In this document: piece after piece, positions 54,114 to 63,150 of the stretch
How positions within the stretch are numbered: the first letter of the stretch is position 1
Layout: the number at the start of each line of letters is the position of its first letter
Assembly: GCA_013822395.1 (NCBI GenBank)
Contig: PNKK01000007.1
Location: 3,104-67,103, forward strand
Direction: 5' to 3'
Length of the DNA: 64,000 nucleotides
From: Anaerolinea sp.
Lineage (GTDB): Bacteria > Chloroflexota > Limnocylindria > Limnocylindrales > CSP1-4
Notes under the pieces: model-generated
What the model was told of the DNA's origin: nothing
Database searches by the model: none
The model's input: the letters and a program-made list of their open reading frames with translations, nothing else
Translations under genes and position numbers: made by a program

Positions 54114-54521
54114 CTACGTCACGAGAGAGGTCACGCGCACGCCGAGGCGATCGTAGGTCTCGCGGGCCCGCTGATCGAGTGTCAGCAAGGTCGCGCCAAC
54201 GGCGCGCACCGTCTGCCCGATGAGACCGTCGTACGAGGCGCCGCCCACGATCCCCAGCTGAGCCAGCTCACCGAGGAGATCGATCACGGTCGTGGCGTCG
54301 ACCTGGAGCGTTCGATCGCCGAAGGTGCTCGCCAGGAACTCGTGGACCAGGCCGGGCGAGGCGCGGTAGGGGTTCGGGAGGCGAGTCAGCACCGAATAGG
54401 CCTCGGCGGCGGCGTGTGCGGGAAGATGTGGCCGTTCCGCCATCGCCAGGCGCGCCGTTTCATGGTGCTCGTGCCATGAGCTGAAGGCGGCGACGATGAC
54501 ACTACTGTCGACCGCGTTCAT
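54114..54521 (-). CDS. vapC: PIN-domain toxin (VapC)
   Basis: 135 aa. The N-terminal AVDSSVIVAA carries the first acidic residue, with D at ..GASYDGLIG.. and ..LLTLDQRA. 4-nt overlap with the upstream antitoxin. Confidence 0.8.
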   Translation of the reverse strand: MNAVDSSVIVAAFSSWHEHHETARLAMAERPHLPAHAAAEAYSVLTRLPNPYRASPGLVHEFLASTFGDRTLQVDATTVIDLLGELAQLGIVGGASYDGLIGQTVRAVGATLLTLDQRARETYDRLGVRVTSLVT

Positions 54522-54763
54522 CGTCGGATACGCTCCAGTGTCTCGCGAACGAGGTCCTGCCTGAGCGGCGGGAGCGGCACATCCGTGACGGCGACCTTGA
54601 CACCGCCCCGCTCCTCCAGACGCATCGGAGTGGGTGGGACGTCGATCTCGAGGTGGCCATCCCGTGCCATGACCTCGAGCACCTGGCCGCCGTAGAGCGC
54701 GAGCTCCTCGCGGAGGGCCTTCGGTACGACGATCCGCCCGGCGCTGTCGATGGTGGTTCTCAT
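54518..54763 (-). CDS. vapB: AbrB/MazE/SpoVT-type antitoxin (VapB)
   Basis: ORF trimmed to the ATG at 54763. MRTTIDSAGRIVVPKALREEL is the swapped-hairpin SpoVT/AbrB motif. Confidence 0.75.
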   Translation of the reverse strand: MRTTIDSAGRIVVPKALREELALYGGQVLEVMARDGHLEIDVPPTPMRLEERGGVKVAVTDVPLPPLRQDLVRETLERIRR

Positions 54764-54781
54764 GGCGTGATCATAACCATG
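54761..54781 (-). promoter_or_regulatory. Candidate leaderless promoter/operator of vapBC
   Basis: The reverse strand reads CATGG-TTATGATCACG-CCATG. TATGAT (54775-54770) ends 6 nt before the ATG, and 5-bp inverted repeats flank it. Confidence 0.3.
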
Positions 54782-55088
54782 GTGCGTGCCACTCAGAATA
54801 CCAGCCGCCCTCGAGTCCTGACGGCGTCGCTCGAACGGCGCTCGAATCTGCAAGTGCGCGTCCTCTCGACCGTCAACATCGTCGCCCCTCGTCGAGGCGA
54901 ACGGACCTGGCTGGCAGTCCGTGCCCAAGCCGTCGGCCCTCTGAACGCGCCACGCTGCCGGCGACGGCGAGCAGCTGGGCAGGCGGCTCCACCGGCCGGG
55001 CCGGTGAGGAACAGGCAGCGATGAGGGAGCGCGCTGACGACACACCGAAGCCAGGTCGAAGGATCCCTCGTGCCAGCATGGATGAGTC

Positions 55089-55472
55089 TCAGCCGCGTCG
55101 CCGGGCGACGGCGTCGATCTCGACGAGGCCGCCCTTCGGCAGTGCCCCCACTGCGAACGTGGACCGCGCCGGCGGCGGGTCCGCCATGAACTGAGCGTAG
55201 ACGCCGTTTACCGCCGCGAAGTCCGCGATGCTGGCCAGGTAGACCGTCGTCTTCACGACGTCACCCCACGAGCAGCCGGCCGCGTCGAGGACGGCCGCGA
55301 GATTCCGGAGCGCACGCTCGGCCTGCGCCTCGACGCCCTCGGCCAGCTCGCCGGTCGCCGGGTCGAGCCCGAGCTGGCCGGAGCAGAAGACGAGGTCGCC
55401 GCTCGCGATGCCCTGGCTGTACGGCCCGATGGCCGCGGGAGCACCCGATGTCGAGACCGCCTGGCGGGTCAT
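55089..55472 (-). CDS. ridA: RidA/YjgF-family reactive-intermediate deaminase
   Basis: ORF trimmed to the ATG at 55472. APAAIGPYSQG....LVFCSGQLGLDP and PARSTFAVGALPKGGLVEI motifs. Confidence 0.9.
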   Translation of the reverse strand: MTRQAVSTSGAPAAIGPYSQGIASGDLVFCSGQLGLDPATGELAEGVEAQAERALRNLAAVLDAAGCSWGDVVKTTVYLASIADFAAVNGVYAQFMADPPPARSTFAVGALPKGGLVEIDAVARRRG

Positions 55473-56536
55473 GTCCGTCCCTCCGTTCCATGCGTCGTGC
55501 GTGCGTTCGTGGACTCGTCCGGCAAGGTGCCGGCGATCGAGGTGGCGATGATGGTCGGTGGTGCGTCTCCGGGCGGGACGATCGAACCGTCGACGACGCC
55601 GTCCCGGACCTCGGCGGCAGCCGCCTCCGCCGCGCTGGCCGAAGGATAGAGGACCCACAGGGTGGGCCCGGAGCCGGACAGGCCGACCGGGCGGCCGAGG
55701 CGCCGGATGAGGCCGCGGCGCAGGGTCAGGAGGCCCTCGACCACGGTGCCGGCGGCGGCGGCGAGGTCGTTGGCGCTCGCGAGGACGCCCGCTCGCGCGA
55801 CGAGACTCGAGGCGGAGAGGCCGGCCCGGAGCTCCAGCGCGAGGTGCTCGGAGGTCAGGCGGGTGGACCGCGGGTCGGCCGGTGCGCCGCCGCCGGCATC
55901 GAAGGCGGCGAAGACCGTCGGGGTGGAGGCGGGCACGGCCGGCGTCACGAGGAGGATTCCGGGCGCGGCACCCCGGATCGGCGGGAGGGGTGTCACCCGC
56001 TCGCCGCGACCCTCGACGAGGGCGGGGCCGCCCGCCAGGAAGAACGGGACGTCCGAGCCGACCCGAGCGGCAACCGTCAGCCGGAGGGCTGCCGTCCCGT
56101 GATCGAGGACCGCGTGGCCCGGGTCGAGCACGCCCCAGGCCTCGAGCGCGCCGTCGATCGCCGCAGCGGCATCGCTGCTCCCGCCGGCCAGTCCGGCGGC
56201 GATGGGAATGTGCTTCTCCAGGCGCGCCGCGAGCGGGAAGGTCTCCACGGCACGGCCCACCGCCGCGCGCGTCGCAGCGAAGGCTCGGAGCACGAGGTTG
56301 TCCTCGGCCGGCCCGGTGTCTGGGCCCTCGACCCGAAGGGTGTCGTGGGACGTGGTCGCCGGTGCGACGCTCAGCCGGTCGGCGAGCGCGAGCGGCACCA
56401 TGACCGAGTGAATCTCGTGGTAGCCGTCCAGCCGGCGACCGAGGACCGCGAGCGTCAGGTTCAGCTTCGCCGGCGCGAGGCGGACCACCGGCGGAAGCCG
56501 TCCGGCGACAGCCACGGAACGCCCCGGATCAACCAC
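55469..56536 (-). CDS. ispE: 4-diphosphocytidyl-2-C-methyl-D-erythritol kinase
   Basis: APAKLNLTLAVLGRR.DGYHE and the GHMP motif IPIAAGLAGGSSDAAA. The proposed start is the GTG at 56536, overlapping the rsmA stop; the exact start is uncertain. Confidence 0.8.
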   Translation of the reverse strand: MVDPGRSVAVAGRLPPVVRLAPAKLNLTLAVLGRRLDGYHEIHSVMVPLALADRLSVAPATTSHDTLRVEGPDTGPAEDNLVLRAFAATRAAVGRAVETFPLAARLEKHIPIAAGLAGGSSDAAAAIDGALEAWGVLDPGHAVLDHGTAALRLTVAARVGSDVPFFLAGGPALVEGRGERVTPLPPIRGAAPGILLVTPAVPASTPTVFAAFDAGGGAPADPRSTRLTSEHLALELRAGLSASSLVARAGVLASANDLAAAAGTVVEGLLTLRRGLIRRLGRPVGLSGSGPTLWVLYPSASAAEAAAAEVRDGVVDGSIVPPGDAPPTIIATSIAGTLPDESTNARTTHGTEGRT

Positions 56537-57497
56537 CGGTGCGCAGCCCGTCCAGCGCGGACCGGAGCGCCAGCCACTCGCCGACGGACAGGGTCTGAGG
56601 CCGCCGGTCACGGTCGATCCCGGCTGCGGCGAGCGCAGCGTCGACCCGGACGGCAGGAAGCCCGAGCTGCCGGACGAGGACGTTGTGGAGCATCTTCCGC
56701 CGTTCGCGGAAGCCGGCCTGGACGAGCGCCCAGAGCTCGTCGTCGGCGGCCACCGCCGCGGGATCGTCCGTCCCGGCGAGCGACCCGGGACGGTGGGGCT
56801 CGACGATGATGACCGCCGAATCCACGGCCGGGGCGGGCTCGAACGCCGCCGCGGGAACGCGCCGGGCGATCCGCACCCGGGCGTGATACTGGACGAACAC
56901 GGACAGGTAGCTCATCCGGCCAGGCGGCGCGGCGAGCCGCTCCGCCACCTCCCACTGGACCATCAGGACCATCCGCTCCGGCCGTGGGCCGCGATCCAGG
57001 AGCCGATGAAGGATGGGGCTCGTGATGTGGTACGGCAGGTTCGCCACGACCTGATACGGCGGCGGGACGAGGCCCGGGAGATCCTGATCCAGGGCGTCGC
57101 CCTCGATGAGTCGGAGCTCGCCTGGACCGGGCGTCCTGCTCGCACCGTCGATCACGACGCCCTCGAAACGATCCCGGAGGAGCGCCGCGAGCCGCCGGTC
57201 CAGCTCCACCGCGGTCACGGCCGCACCGGCGGCAAGGAGCGCCGCGGTCAGGATCCCGAGCCCGGGCCCGATCTCGAGGATGCGATCACCGGGCGACGCG
57301 CCCGCCTCGACGAGGATCGCCTCGAGGACGTCCGGGTCGGCGAGGAAGTTCTGGGAGAGCGAGTGACGTGTGCGCAGGCCCTCGTCGCGGAGAAGACGAC
57401 GGATCGCCAGTGGGTCAAGCCGGTCGAGCGCGGACCGGTCGAGCGCCGACGGGTTGCCGGCGCTCGCCACCTCACCCTGGCCCGCGGGAGCGGTCAC
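56529..57497 (-). CDS. rsmA: 16S rRNA (adenine1518/1519-N6)-dimethyltransferase
   Basis: ORF trimmed to the GTG at 57497 (GTGA overlap with the tsaD stop). SLSQNFL, LEIGPGLGILT and NLPYHITSP motifs. Confidence 0.85.
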   Translation of the reverse strand: MTAPAGQGEVASAGNPSALDRSALDRLDPLAIRRLLRDEGLRTRHSLSQNFLADPDVLEAILVEAGASPGDRILEIGPGLGILTAALLAAGAAVTAVELDRRLAALLRDRFEGVVIDGASRTPGPGELRLIEGDALDQDLPGLVPPPYQVVANLPYHITSPILHRLLDRGPRPERMVLMVQWEVAERLAAPPGRMSYLSVFVQYHARVRIARRVPAAAFEPAPAVDSAVIIVEPHRPGSLAGTDDPAAVAADDELWALVQAGFRERRKMLHNVLVRQLGLPAVRVDAALAAAGIDRDRRPQTLSVGEWLALRSALDGLRTGG

Positions 57498-58558
57498 TGC
57501 GACGCCAGCGGCAGCGAGGGTCGCGCATCGAGGTCCAGGCCGGCCCGCTCCCCGGCCGCAAGCCGGCGGGCCGCCGCCGCGCCGATCATCGCTCCGTTGT
57601 CCGTGCACAGGCCAGGTCGTGGGATGATCACCGGCACGCCCAGCCCGGTCGCCTCCGCGAGGAGCCGGTCGCGGAGCACCGCGTTCGCGGCCACGCCTCC
57701 CCCGAGCACGATCGATCGTGCGCCCGTGGCCCGCGCGGCGCGGATCGTCTTCGCGACGAGGACATCGGTGACCGAATCCTGGAAGCCCCAGGCGAGCTCG
57801 GCGACGCGCGGCTCGGGAAGGTGCGCCTCGGGATCGCCCGCAATTCCCGCCTCCGCCCGCTCGGCGTCCACGATTCGCCGGGCGGCGGTCTTCAGGCCGG
57901 AGAAGCTGAAGTCGAAGCTGTCGCCGAGCCAGGCCCGGGGAAAGGCGGCGTCGTGGTTGACGGCCCCGGACGCCGCTCGCTGGATCTCCGGGCCGCCCGG
58001 ATACCCGAGTCCCAGCAAGCGGCCCACCTTGTCGAACGCCTCGCCCGCCGCATCGTCCACGGTCTGCCCCAGGAGGCGGTACTCCAGGTGATCGTGCATC
58101 TCGACGAGGAAGGTGTGCCCGCCGGAGACTACGAGCGCGACGAGCGGGAAGAGCGGTTCGGAGACCTCGTCCTGCGCCGGGTCAAGAAGCCACGCCGCGT
58201 AGACGTGGCCCTCGAGGTGGTTGACGGCGACGAGCGGCTTGCCGTGGACCCAGGCGATCGTCTTCGCCGTGTTGATCCCCACCAGGAGCGAGCCGGCCAG
58301 CCCTGGTCCATGCGTCACCGCGACGGCATCGACATCGGCGACCGTCGCGCCTGCGTCGGCGAGGGCCTCGTCGAGGACCGGAAGGATCCAGCGAAGGTGC
58401 GCCCGGGCGGCGACCTCGGGCACGATCCCGCCGGTCGGGGCGTGCAGTGCGACCTGGCTGGCGACCACGTTCGCGTGGATCCGCCGGCCGCCCTCGACGA
58501 GGGCGATCCCGGTCTCGTCGCAGGACGACTCGATCGCGAGGATGAGCGGCCCGGTCAT
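57494..58558 (-). CDS. tsaD: tRNA N6-adenosine threonylcarbamoyltransferase
   Basis: 354 aa. ILAIESSCDETG, VTHGPGLAGSLLVG and VSGGHT motifs. Confidence 0.95.
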   Translation of the reverse strand: MTGPLILAIESSCDETGIALVEGGRRIHANVVASQVALHAPTGGIVPEVAARAHLRWILPVLDEALADAGATVADVDAVAVTHGPGLAGSLLVGINTAKTIAWVHGKPLVAVNHLEGHVYAAWLLDPAQDEVSEPLFPLVALVVSGGHTFLVEMHDHLEYRLLGQTVDDAAGEAFDKVGRLLGLGYPGGPEIQRAASGAVNHDAAFPRAWLGDSFDFSFSGLKTAARRIVDAERAEAGIAGDPEAHLPEPRVAELAWGFQDSVTDVLVAKTIRAARATGARSIVLGGGVAANAVLRDRLLAEATGLGVPVIIPRPGLCTDNGAMIGAAAARRLAAGERAGLDLDARPSLPLASQ

Positions 58559-59163
58559 GGGAGCTCCCGCTTCGAGGTCTCCGGAGCCGGCACGCCGCCG
58601 TCGAGGTGAGCGTCGGCGACCTCGGCCGGTCCAATTGGAGCCGGCGCGGCGGCGAGCGCTGCCCGGAGCTCGGTCAGCCGCCTCCGCATCGCGGCGCCGG
58701 TCAGCGGCTCGGTCGTCATGATCAGCGCATCCTCGCCGTTGTCCGAGTAGTAGCGCGGCCGCAGCCCAACCGGCCGGAAGCCGTACTTCTCGTAGAGTCG
58801 GCGCGCCGGGACGTTGGACAGCCGGACCTCGAGGGTCGCCTCACGAGCGTGCCGCGCAATCGCAAGGTCGAGCAGCGCCAGCAGGAGGGTCTCCCCGACG
58901 CGCTGCCTGCGCCAGGCAGGATCGACGGCAAACGTCGTGACATGGGCTTCGTCGACCATGAGCCAGATGCCGCCGTACGCGATGACGTCGCCGTCGGACC
59001 GGACGACGAGGTACGAGGCGAGGCGATTCGTTTGGAGCTCGCTCCGATAGGCATCGTCCGGCCAGGGCACGCTGAAGCTCGCTTGCTCGATTCGGTGGAC
59101 GGCCGGCAGGTCGTCCAGCGTCATCGGCTCGACACGGAGCCTCACCGGGGGCCGTGCGACCAC
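58555..59163 (-). CDS. rimI: Ribosomal-protein-alanine N-acetyltransferase
   Basis: GNAT fold with RRQRVGETLL acetyl-CoA motif and LEVRLSNVPARRLYEKYGF. The start is either 59163 or the ATG at 59124 (MTLDDLP). Confidence 0.8.
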   Translation of the reverse strand: MVARPPVRLRVEPMTLDDLPAVHRIEQASFSVPWPDDAYRSELQTNRLASYLVVRSDGDVIAYGGIWLMVDEAHVTTFAVDPAWRRQRVGETLLLALLDLAIARHAREATLEVRLSNVPARRLYEKYGFRPVGLRPRYYSDNGEDALIMTTEPLTGAAMRRRLTELRAALAAAPAPIGPAEVADAHLDGGVPAPETSKRELP

Positions 59164-59840
59164 GCGATCTCCCCGCTCGCCGCGCGGGATCCACGCGGGA
59201 GCGTCACGTACTCCGGAACGAGCCGCGCGACATCGTCGCCCGTGCCGGCGTGGAGCCGCCCGGCCCCCAGCTCAAGGAGCGCGGCCGCGAAGCCGGTGAG
59301 CGCCCCCTCGCCGCGGGCGACGGCGGCCTCCGGGGCACGATCCGCCAGGTCCACGGCGACGACGAGATCGACCGGCCCCAGCTCGGGCTCCGTGCCGCCC
59401 GGGAGGAGCCGGGCCGGCTGCGCGTCGCGAACCTCGACGCGGTCGTGCGGACCGGCCGGCAGGAGGAGGACGAGGTTGCCGGCGCTCTCCGGGTTCACGG
59501 TCGCGGCCGCCCGGAGCAGTGCGGCGCCCGTCCCGACGCCCGCGATCGGGACGCTCATCGCGTGGGCGAGCGCCTTGGCGGTGGCGATGCCCACCCGGAG
59601 GCCGGTGAACGCCCCCGGTCCCGTCCCGACGACGACGCCCACCAGGTCGGCTCGTGCGAGACCCGTCTCGGTGAGCAACCGCTCCACACCGAGCAGGAGC
59701 CGTTCGCCGTGGCGGTGCCCGGCAGGCCAATCGAGGGCGCGGACCTGGCGCCCGTCCGGCTCGCCCGCCGCGACGATGATCCGCGAGGTCGCGGTGTCGA
59801 TGGCGAGAAGCCACGGGCGCCGGGCTGAAGTCGTCGTCAT
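59142..59840 (-). CDS. tsaB: tRNA threonylcarbamoyladenosine biosynthesis protein TsaB
   Basis: 232 aa. LLAIDTATS and VVVGTGPGAFTGLRVGIATAKALA motifs. Confidence 0.85.
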   Translation of the reverse strand: MTTTSARRPWLLAIDTATSRIIVAAGEPDGRQVRALDWPAGHRHGERLLLGVERLLTETGLARADLVGVVVGTGPGAFTGLRVGIATAKALAHAMSVPIAGVGTGAALLRAAATVNPESAGNLVLLLPAGPHDRVEVRDAQPARLLPGGTEPELGPVDLVVAVDLADRAPEAAVARGEGALTGFAAALLELGAGRLHAGTGDDVARLVPEYVTLPRGSRAASGEIAWSHGPR

Positions 59841-60343
59841 CGAGCTGCCGCCGGATCGTCGAGCTCTGCGGCCTCGGCCGCCCCGACGTACCGAGCGAGA
59901 GTGGCGCCCCCGGCTTCGACCCGGATGCCGCGCGGCGCGTCACCCGTGCCGGCGATCCGGACGTCCACCCGTGAGGCCGGGAGGGCGGCCCCGAGCCGCT
60001 CCGGCCACTCGACGAGCGTGACCCCGGCCGCTTGGCGCTCGTCCAGGAGCCCGGCCGCCCAGGCGTCGCTCGCGTCCGAGAGGCGGTAGAGGTCGAGGTG
60101 GAAGAGGGGGATCCGGCCCTCGTGCTCGGCCATGAGCACGAACGTCGGCGAGTTGACCGTCGAGGTGACGCCGAGCCCGCACCCGAACCCCTTCGCGAAC
60201 GCCGTCTTGCCGGCGCCGAGCTCGCCCCACAGACAGACGAGGTCGCCGGGCGAGGCGACGCCGGCGAGCGCCGCGGCGAGCCGCTGCGTCGCCTCCAGGC
60301 TGGTGGTGGTCCGCTCGATCGAGAGCGGCGCCGCGGAGGTCAT
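59837..60343 (-). CDS. tsaE: tRNA threonylcarbamoyladenosine biosynthesis ATPase TsaE
   Basis: ORF trimmed to the ATG at 60343. L.GELGAGKTAFAKG (Walker A), SPTFVL and HLDLYRL motifs. Confidence 0.85.
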   Translation of the reverse strand: MTSAAPLSIERTTTSLEATQRLAAALAGVASPGDLVCLWGELGAGKTAFAKGFGCGLGVTSTVNSPTFVLMAEHEGRIPLFHLDLYRLSDASDAWAAGLLDERQAAGVTLVEWPERLGAALPASRVDVRIAGTGDAPRGIRVEAGGATLARYVGAAEAAELDDPAAAR

Positions 60344-60381
60344 CGCCCCCGAGCGTAGCGGATGGTCCGCGGACCTGCCGG

Positions 60382-61446
60382 TCAGACGAAGCGTTCGAGA
60401 TCCCCGAGCGGAACCGCGACCGGTGGTCGGCCGGCGAACCGCACGAGGCCCGCTTCGAGGACGACGCCGCCCGCGAAGCGACTCGGCCCGGCGAGTCCAA
60501 CCCAGCGACCCTCCGCGCCCACAAGCGGTCCGGCCACGACTCGGACGATGTCCGGCTCGGGGGGTGGCAGCTCGGCGTCCGGGTCGTCGATGACGAGGCA
60601 CGGCGGGTTGGCGACGATCGCGACGGCGCGCCCGGCAAGGTGCTCCAGGACCGCCATCACGGGCGATGCGATCGGGCGCCGCACGGCGCCGTCGAGAACG
60701 AAGATCGCGAACGGCGGCAGCCCGTGGACCGCCGCCTGGCCCCGCTTCTCCGAGGCGAGGACGTCGCGGCGCTCCTTCACGCCCAGAGCGGCCACAACGA
60801 TCCCGCGAACGCCGACGGCTCGGGCGCGGGTGATCGCCTCGGCATCGATGTGCGCACCGACGACGAGGATCGCCCCGGCGCCACCGACGTCGATCTCGGA
60901 TGCGCGGACCTCGCGGTCGCGTGGCGCGAGGACCTCGAGCCGCCCCGACGTCGGCCTGCCGAGGACCTCCCGGCCGAGGATGCCCTTGGCCGGCGAGTGC
61001 AGCCGAATTCCGATCCCGGGTCGCACCTCGCGGACGATGCCCGGAAACGGCGCCTCGAGCAGCTCATGGTGCTCACCGGTACCGATCCGCCACCGCCCAC
61101 CGCTCCGGAAGAGCAGCTCGCCCCGGGCGGTCTCGACCGCCGCCCTCCGGCGGCCTGGAGGCGGCGCCCAGTAGGCACCCGGCTCGGCGGCCCCGGGCTC
61201 GATCCGCCCCGTGACGACCTCCGTCCGCGGGTCGCGAACCCGATCCGCGAGCGGTGCGCCCCGGACCACCGCCTCGCCGAGCGCGACGAGCGGGCGATCT
61301 CCCGGTCGAAGCGGGAACGTCGCCTCAACCGGCCCGACGAGGATGGGGCGGGCGCGGACGAGCTCCAGGCCTGTCGGCACCGAGTCGACCTCTGTGCTCG
61401 CTTGTCCGGCGGCGGCTCGTGCCGACTCGCGAGGCGTCCGGCTCAC
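60382..61446 (-). CDS. Conserved-looking hypothetical protein of unknown family, with a possible barrel-sandwich N-domain and SH3/KOW-like C-terminus
   Basis: The 596-aa ORF is trimmed to the GTG at 61446 (GTGA overlap with the upstream stop). Third positions are G/C-rich throughout. Segments FPLRPGDRPLVALGEAVVRGAPLA, GGAGAILVVGAHIDAEAITRARAVGVRGIVV and VRVVAGPLVGAEGRWVGL. No family recognised. Confidence 0.5.
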   Translation of the reverse strand: MSRTPRESARAAAGQASTEVDSVPTGLELVRARPILVGPVEATFPLRPGDRPLVALGEAVVRGAPLADRVRDPRTEVVTGRIEPGAAEPGAYWAPPPGRRRAAVETARGELLFRSGGRWRIGTGEHHELLEAPFPGIVREVRPGIGIRLHSPAKGILGREVLGRPTSGRLEVLAPRDREVRASEIDVGGAGAILVVGAHIDAEAITRARAVGVRGIVVAALGVKERRDVLASEKRGQAAVHGLPPFAIFVLDGAVRRPIASPVMAVLEHLAGRAVAIVANPPCLVIDDPDAELPPPEPDIVRVVAGPLVGAEGRWVGLAGPSRFAGGVVLEAGLVRFAGRPPVAVPLGDLERFV

Positions 61447-63071
61447 CGGTCGTCCCCGGGCCAGGCAAGCGCAGCCCACGCCGCGAGGAGAGCGCGTCGG
61501 CGGTCGCGTCGCTCCGGCAGCCGAAGGGGGATGTCGCGGAGGTCCACGAGGAGCCCCGCGAGGCCACCCGTGACCGGAACCGCGACACGGCGTGCCCGCC
61601 GCACCACCCGCGCTGTCCCTCGGAACTCGAACGTGGCGAGCGCCGGAACACCCGGCGCCAGGTCCAGAATCGCGAGCTCGCCGGCCGTGAGCTCGTGCCG
61701 GGTCGCCACGCCGTCGTGATCGAGCGTCAGCTGACCCACGTTTGCGTCCGTGCGGCGGGCGCCGAGGCCACCGGCGAGGACCACACTCCCGAGCGGGACG
61801 AGGAGATCGCCGGCGATGTCGGCGAGGAGCGCGCGCCGCTCCGCGGGGTCCTCGATCGTCCCGATCGGCCCGAGGAGGCGCGCCGGGTCCGTGGCGAGCT
61901 GCGTCGCGCCCGTCCGCCGGATCGTGTCCGCCACGGCGAGCGCGATCGCCCGAGCCGGCGCTGCAGCGAAGCACCCACCGGCGATGATCGTGAGATCCGG
62001 GGCCAGGAGGGCGGACAGGTCGGGCGTAACGGCGGCGACCCGGGCAAGTGCCGCTCTTCCCGCCGCGAGCCGGAGGCGCGCACCGTCGCCCGCCGGATCC
62101 GACCACGGAATCGCGCGGAGCTCGCGCAACCGGTCGCCCATCCGGTGCCGGTCGAGACTGCCGGTCGTCCACGCCAGGACCTGGTCCACGAGGGCGTCGT
62201 CCGGATCGGGCGGCACGAGCGCGCCTCGAGCCGTCATAACGGCGGCGCTCGTCGGGTCGTCACCTGCGGCGCCGGGTGCCGCCACCACCCGGGTCCCGCC
62301 GTCGTGGCCGACCTCGAGCAGCTCAATCCGGCGATCGAGGAGATCAGCGAGCGAGGTGGCAGACGCCCGCAGCGCGCGCCGGCCGTCGAGCGGATCGGCG
62401 AGGAGGCCGTCCAGGACGGACCGGAGCCCCTCGTCCGGAGGCTTTCGAGGGCCGATCGCGGGGGCCCCCAGGATCCGGTCCGGATCGCCGGCCGCATCGG
62501 TCCCGAATCCCTCCGTCCACGTCCGCCGGCCGCGAATCGAGCCGCCCAGGATCACCCGGAGCTCCGGCCGCCGGCGCGCCACGGCGGCCACCAGCCCCGC
62601 GAGGTCGTCGAGTGCGGCGCGCTCGTCGGGCCCCGGTGGATCTCCTGCCGCGACGAGGACGGCCGAGACGTCGGACCGGAGCGCCAGCTCGGACATCTCC
62701 CGCGGGTCGTGGGTCTCCGTCGAGGCGCCCTCGACCTGCCAGGCCGTCCGGGCGGCGACCGCCTCGAGGAGGGCGACCGACCGGCGCGACGCCCCGATGA
62801 CGACGAGGTTCCTGGGCGGCGCACTCCGGCTCGCCAGCCGGGGCAGGGCGCCGAGGCCGGCCGGGCCGAGCCCGACGGCCTCGGCGAGCGGGGCGTCGGC
62901 GACCCGGATCCGGGATGCGAGAACAGCGAGAAGATCGTCCTCCTCGACGCCGGCCGGCGCGGCAAGGCTCCCGAGCAGGCGCCAGCGTTCGCCCGGGCGG
63001 CCGAGGAGCGCGACGGAGGTCGTGGCGGCGCCCGTGTCGACGACGGCGAGCGCGCTGAGAGCCCTGGTCAC
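61443..63071 (-). CDS. Hypothetical protein, possibly an ASKHA-fold (actin/sugar-kinase-like, MutL/EutA-type) ATPase
   Basis: 542 aa. AVVDTGAATTSVALL (phosphate-1-like), LLEVGHDGGTRVV (phosphate-2-like) and TIIAGGCFAAAP (adenosine-like). The family call is tentative. Confidence 0.45.
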   Translation of the reverse strand: MTRALSALAVVDTGAATTSVALLGRPGERWRLLGSLAAPAGVEEDDLLAVLASRIRVADAPLAEAVGLGPAGLGALPRLASRSAPPRNLVVIGASRRSVALLEAVAARTAWQVEGASTETHDPREMSELALRSDVSAVLVAAGDPPGPDERAALDDLAGLVAAVARRRPELRVILGGSIRGRRTWTEGFGTDAAGDPDRILGAPAIGPRKPPDEGLRSVLDGLLADPLDGRRALRASATSLADLLDRRIELLEVGHDGGTRVVAAPGAAGDDPTSAAVMTARGALVPPDPDDALVDQVLAWTTGSLDRHRMGDRLRELRAIPWSDPAGDGARLRLAAGRAALARVAAVTPDLSALLAPDLTIIAGGCFAAAPARAIALAVADTIRRTGATQLATDPARLLGPIGTIEDPAERRALLADIAGDLLVPLGSVVLAGGLGARRTDANVGQLTLDHDGVATRHELTAGELAILDLAPGVPALATFEFRGTARVVRRARRVAVPVTGGLAGLLVDLRDIPLRLPERRDRRRALLAAWAALAWPGDDR

Positions 63072-63150
63072 GACCCCATGCTACCGGCCGCGCGCGGGAG
63101 ACGGTCCGGCGAAGCGGCTGGGCGCCCGGCGCGGCCGGACGGCGTGACGC

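Noticed and set aside
54816-54870. Possible third, degenerate copy of the repeat family (cgagtcctgacggcg..gctcgaacggcg)
   Set aside because: The similarity is limited to about 12 nt plus an inverted 9-mer. That is too weak to call without a genome-wide alignment.
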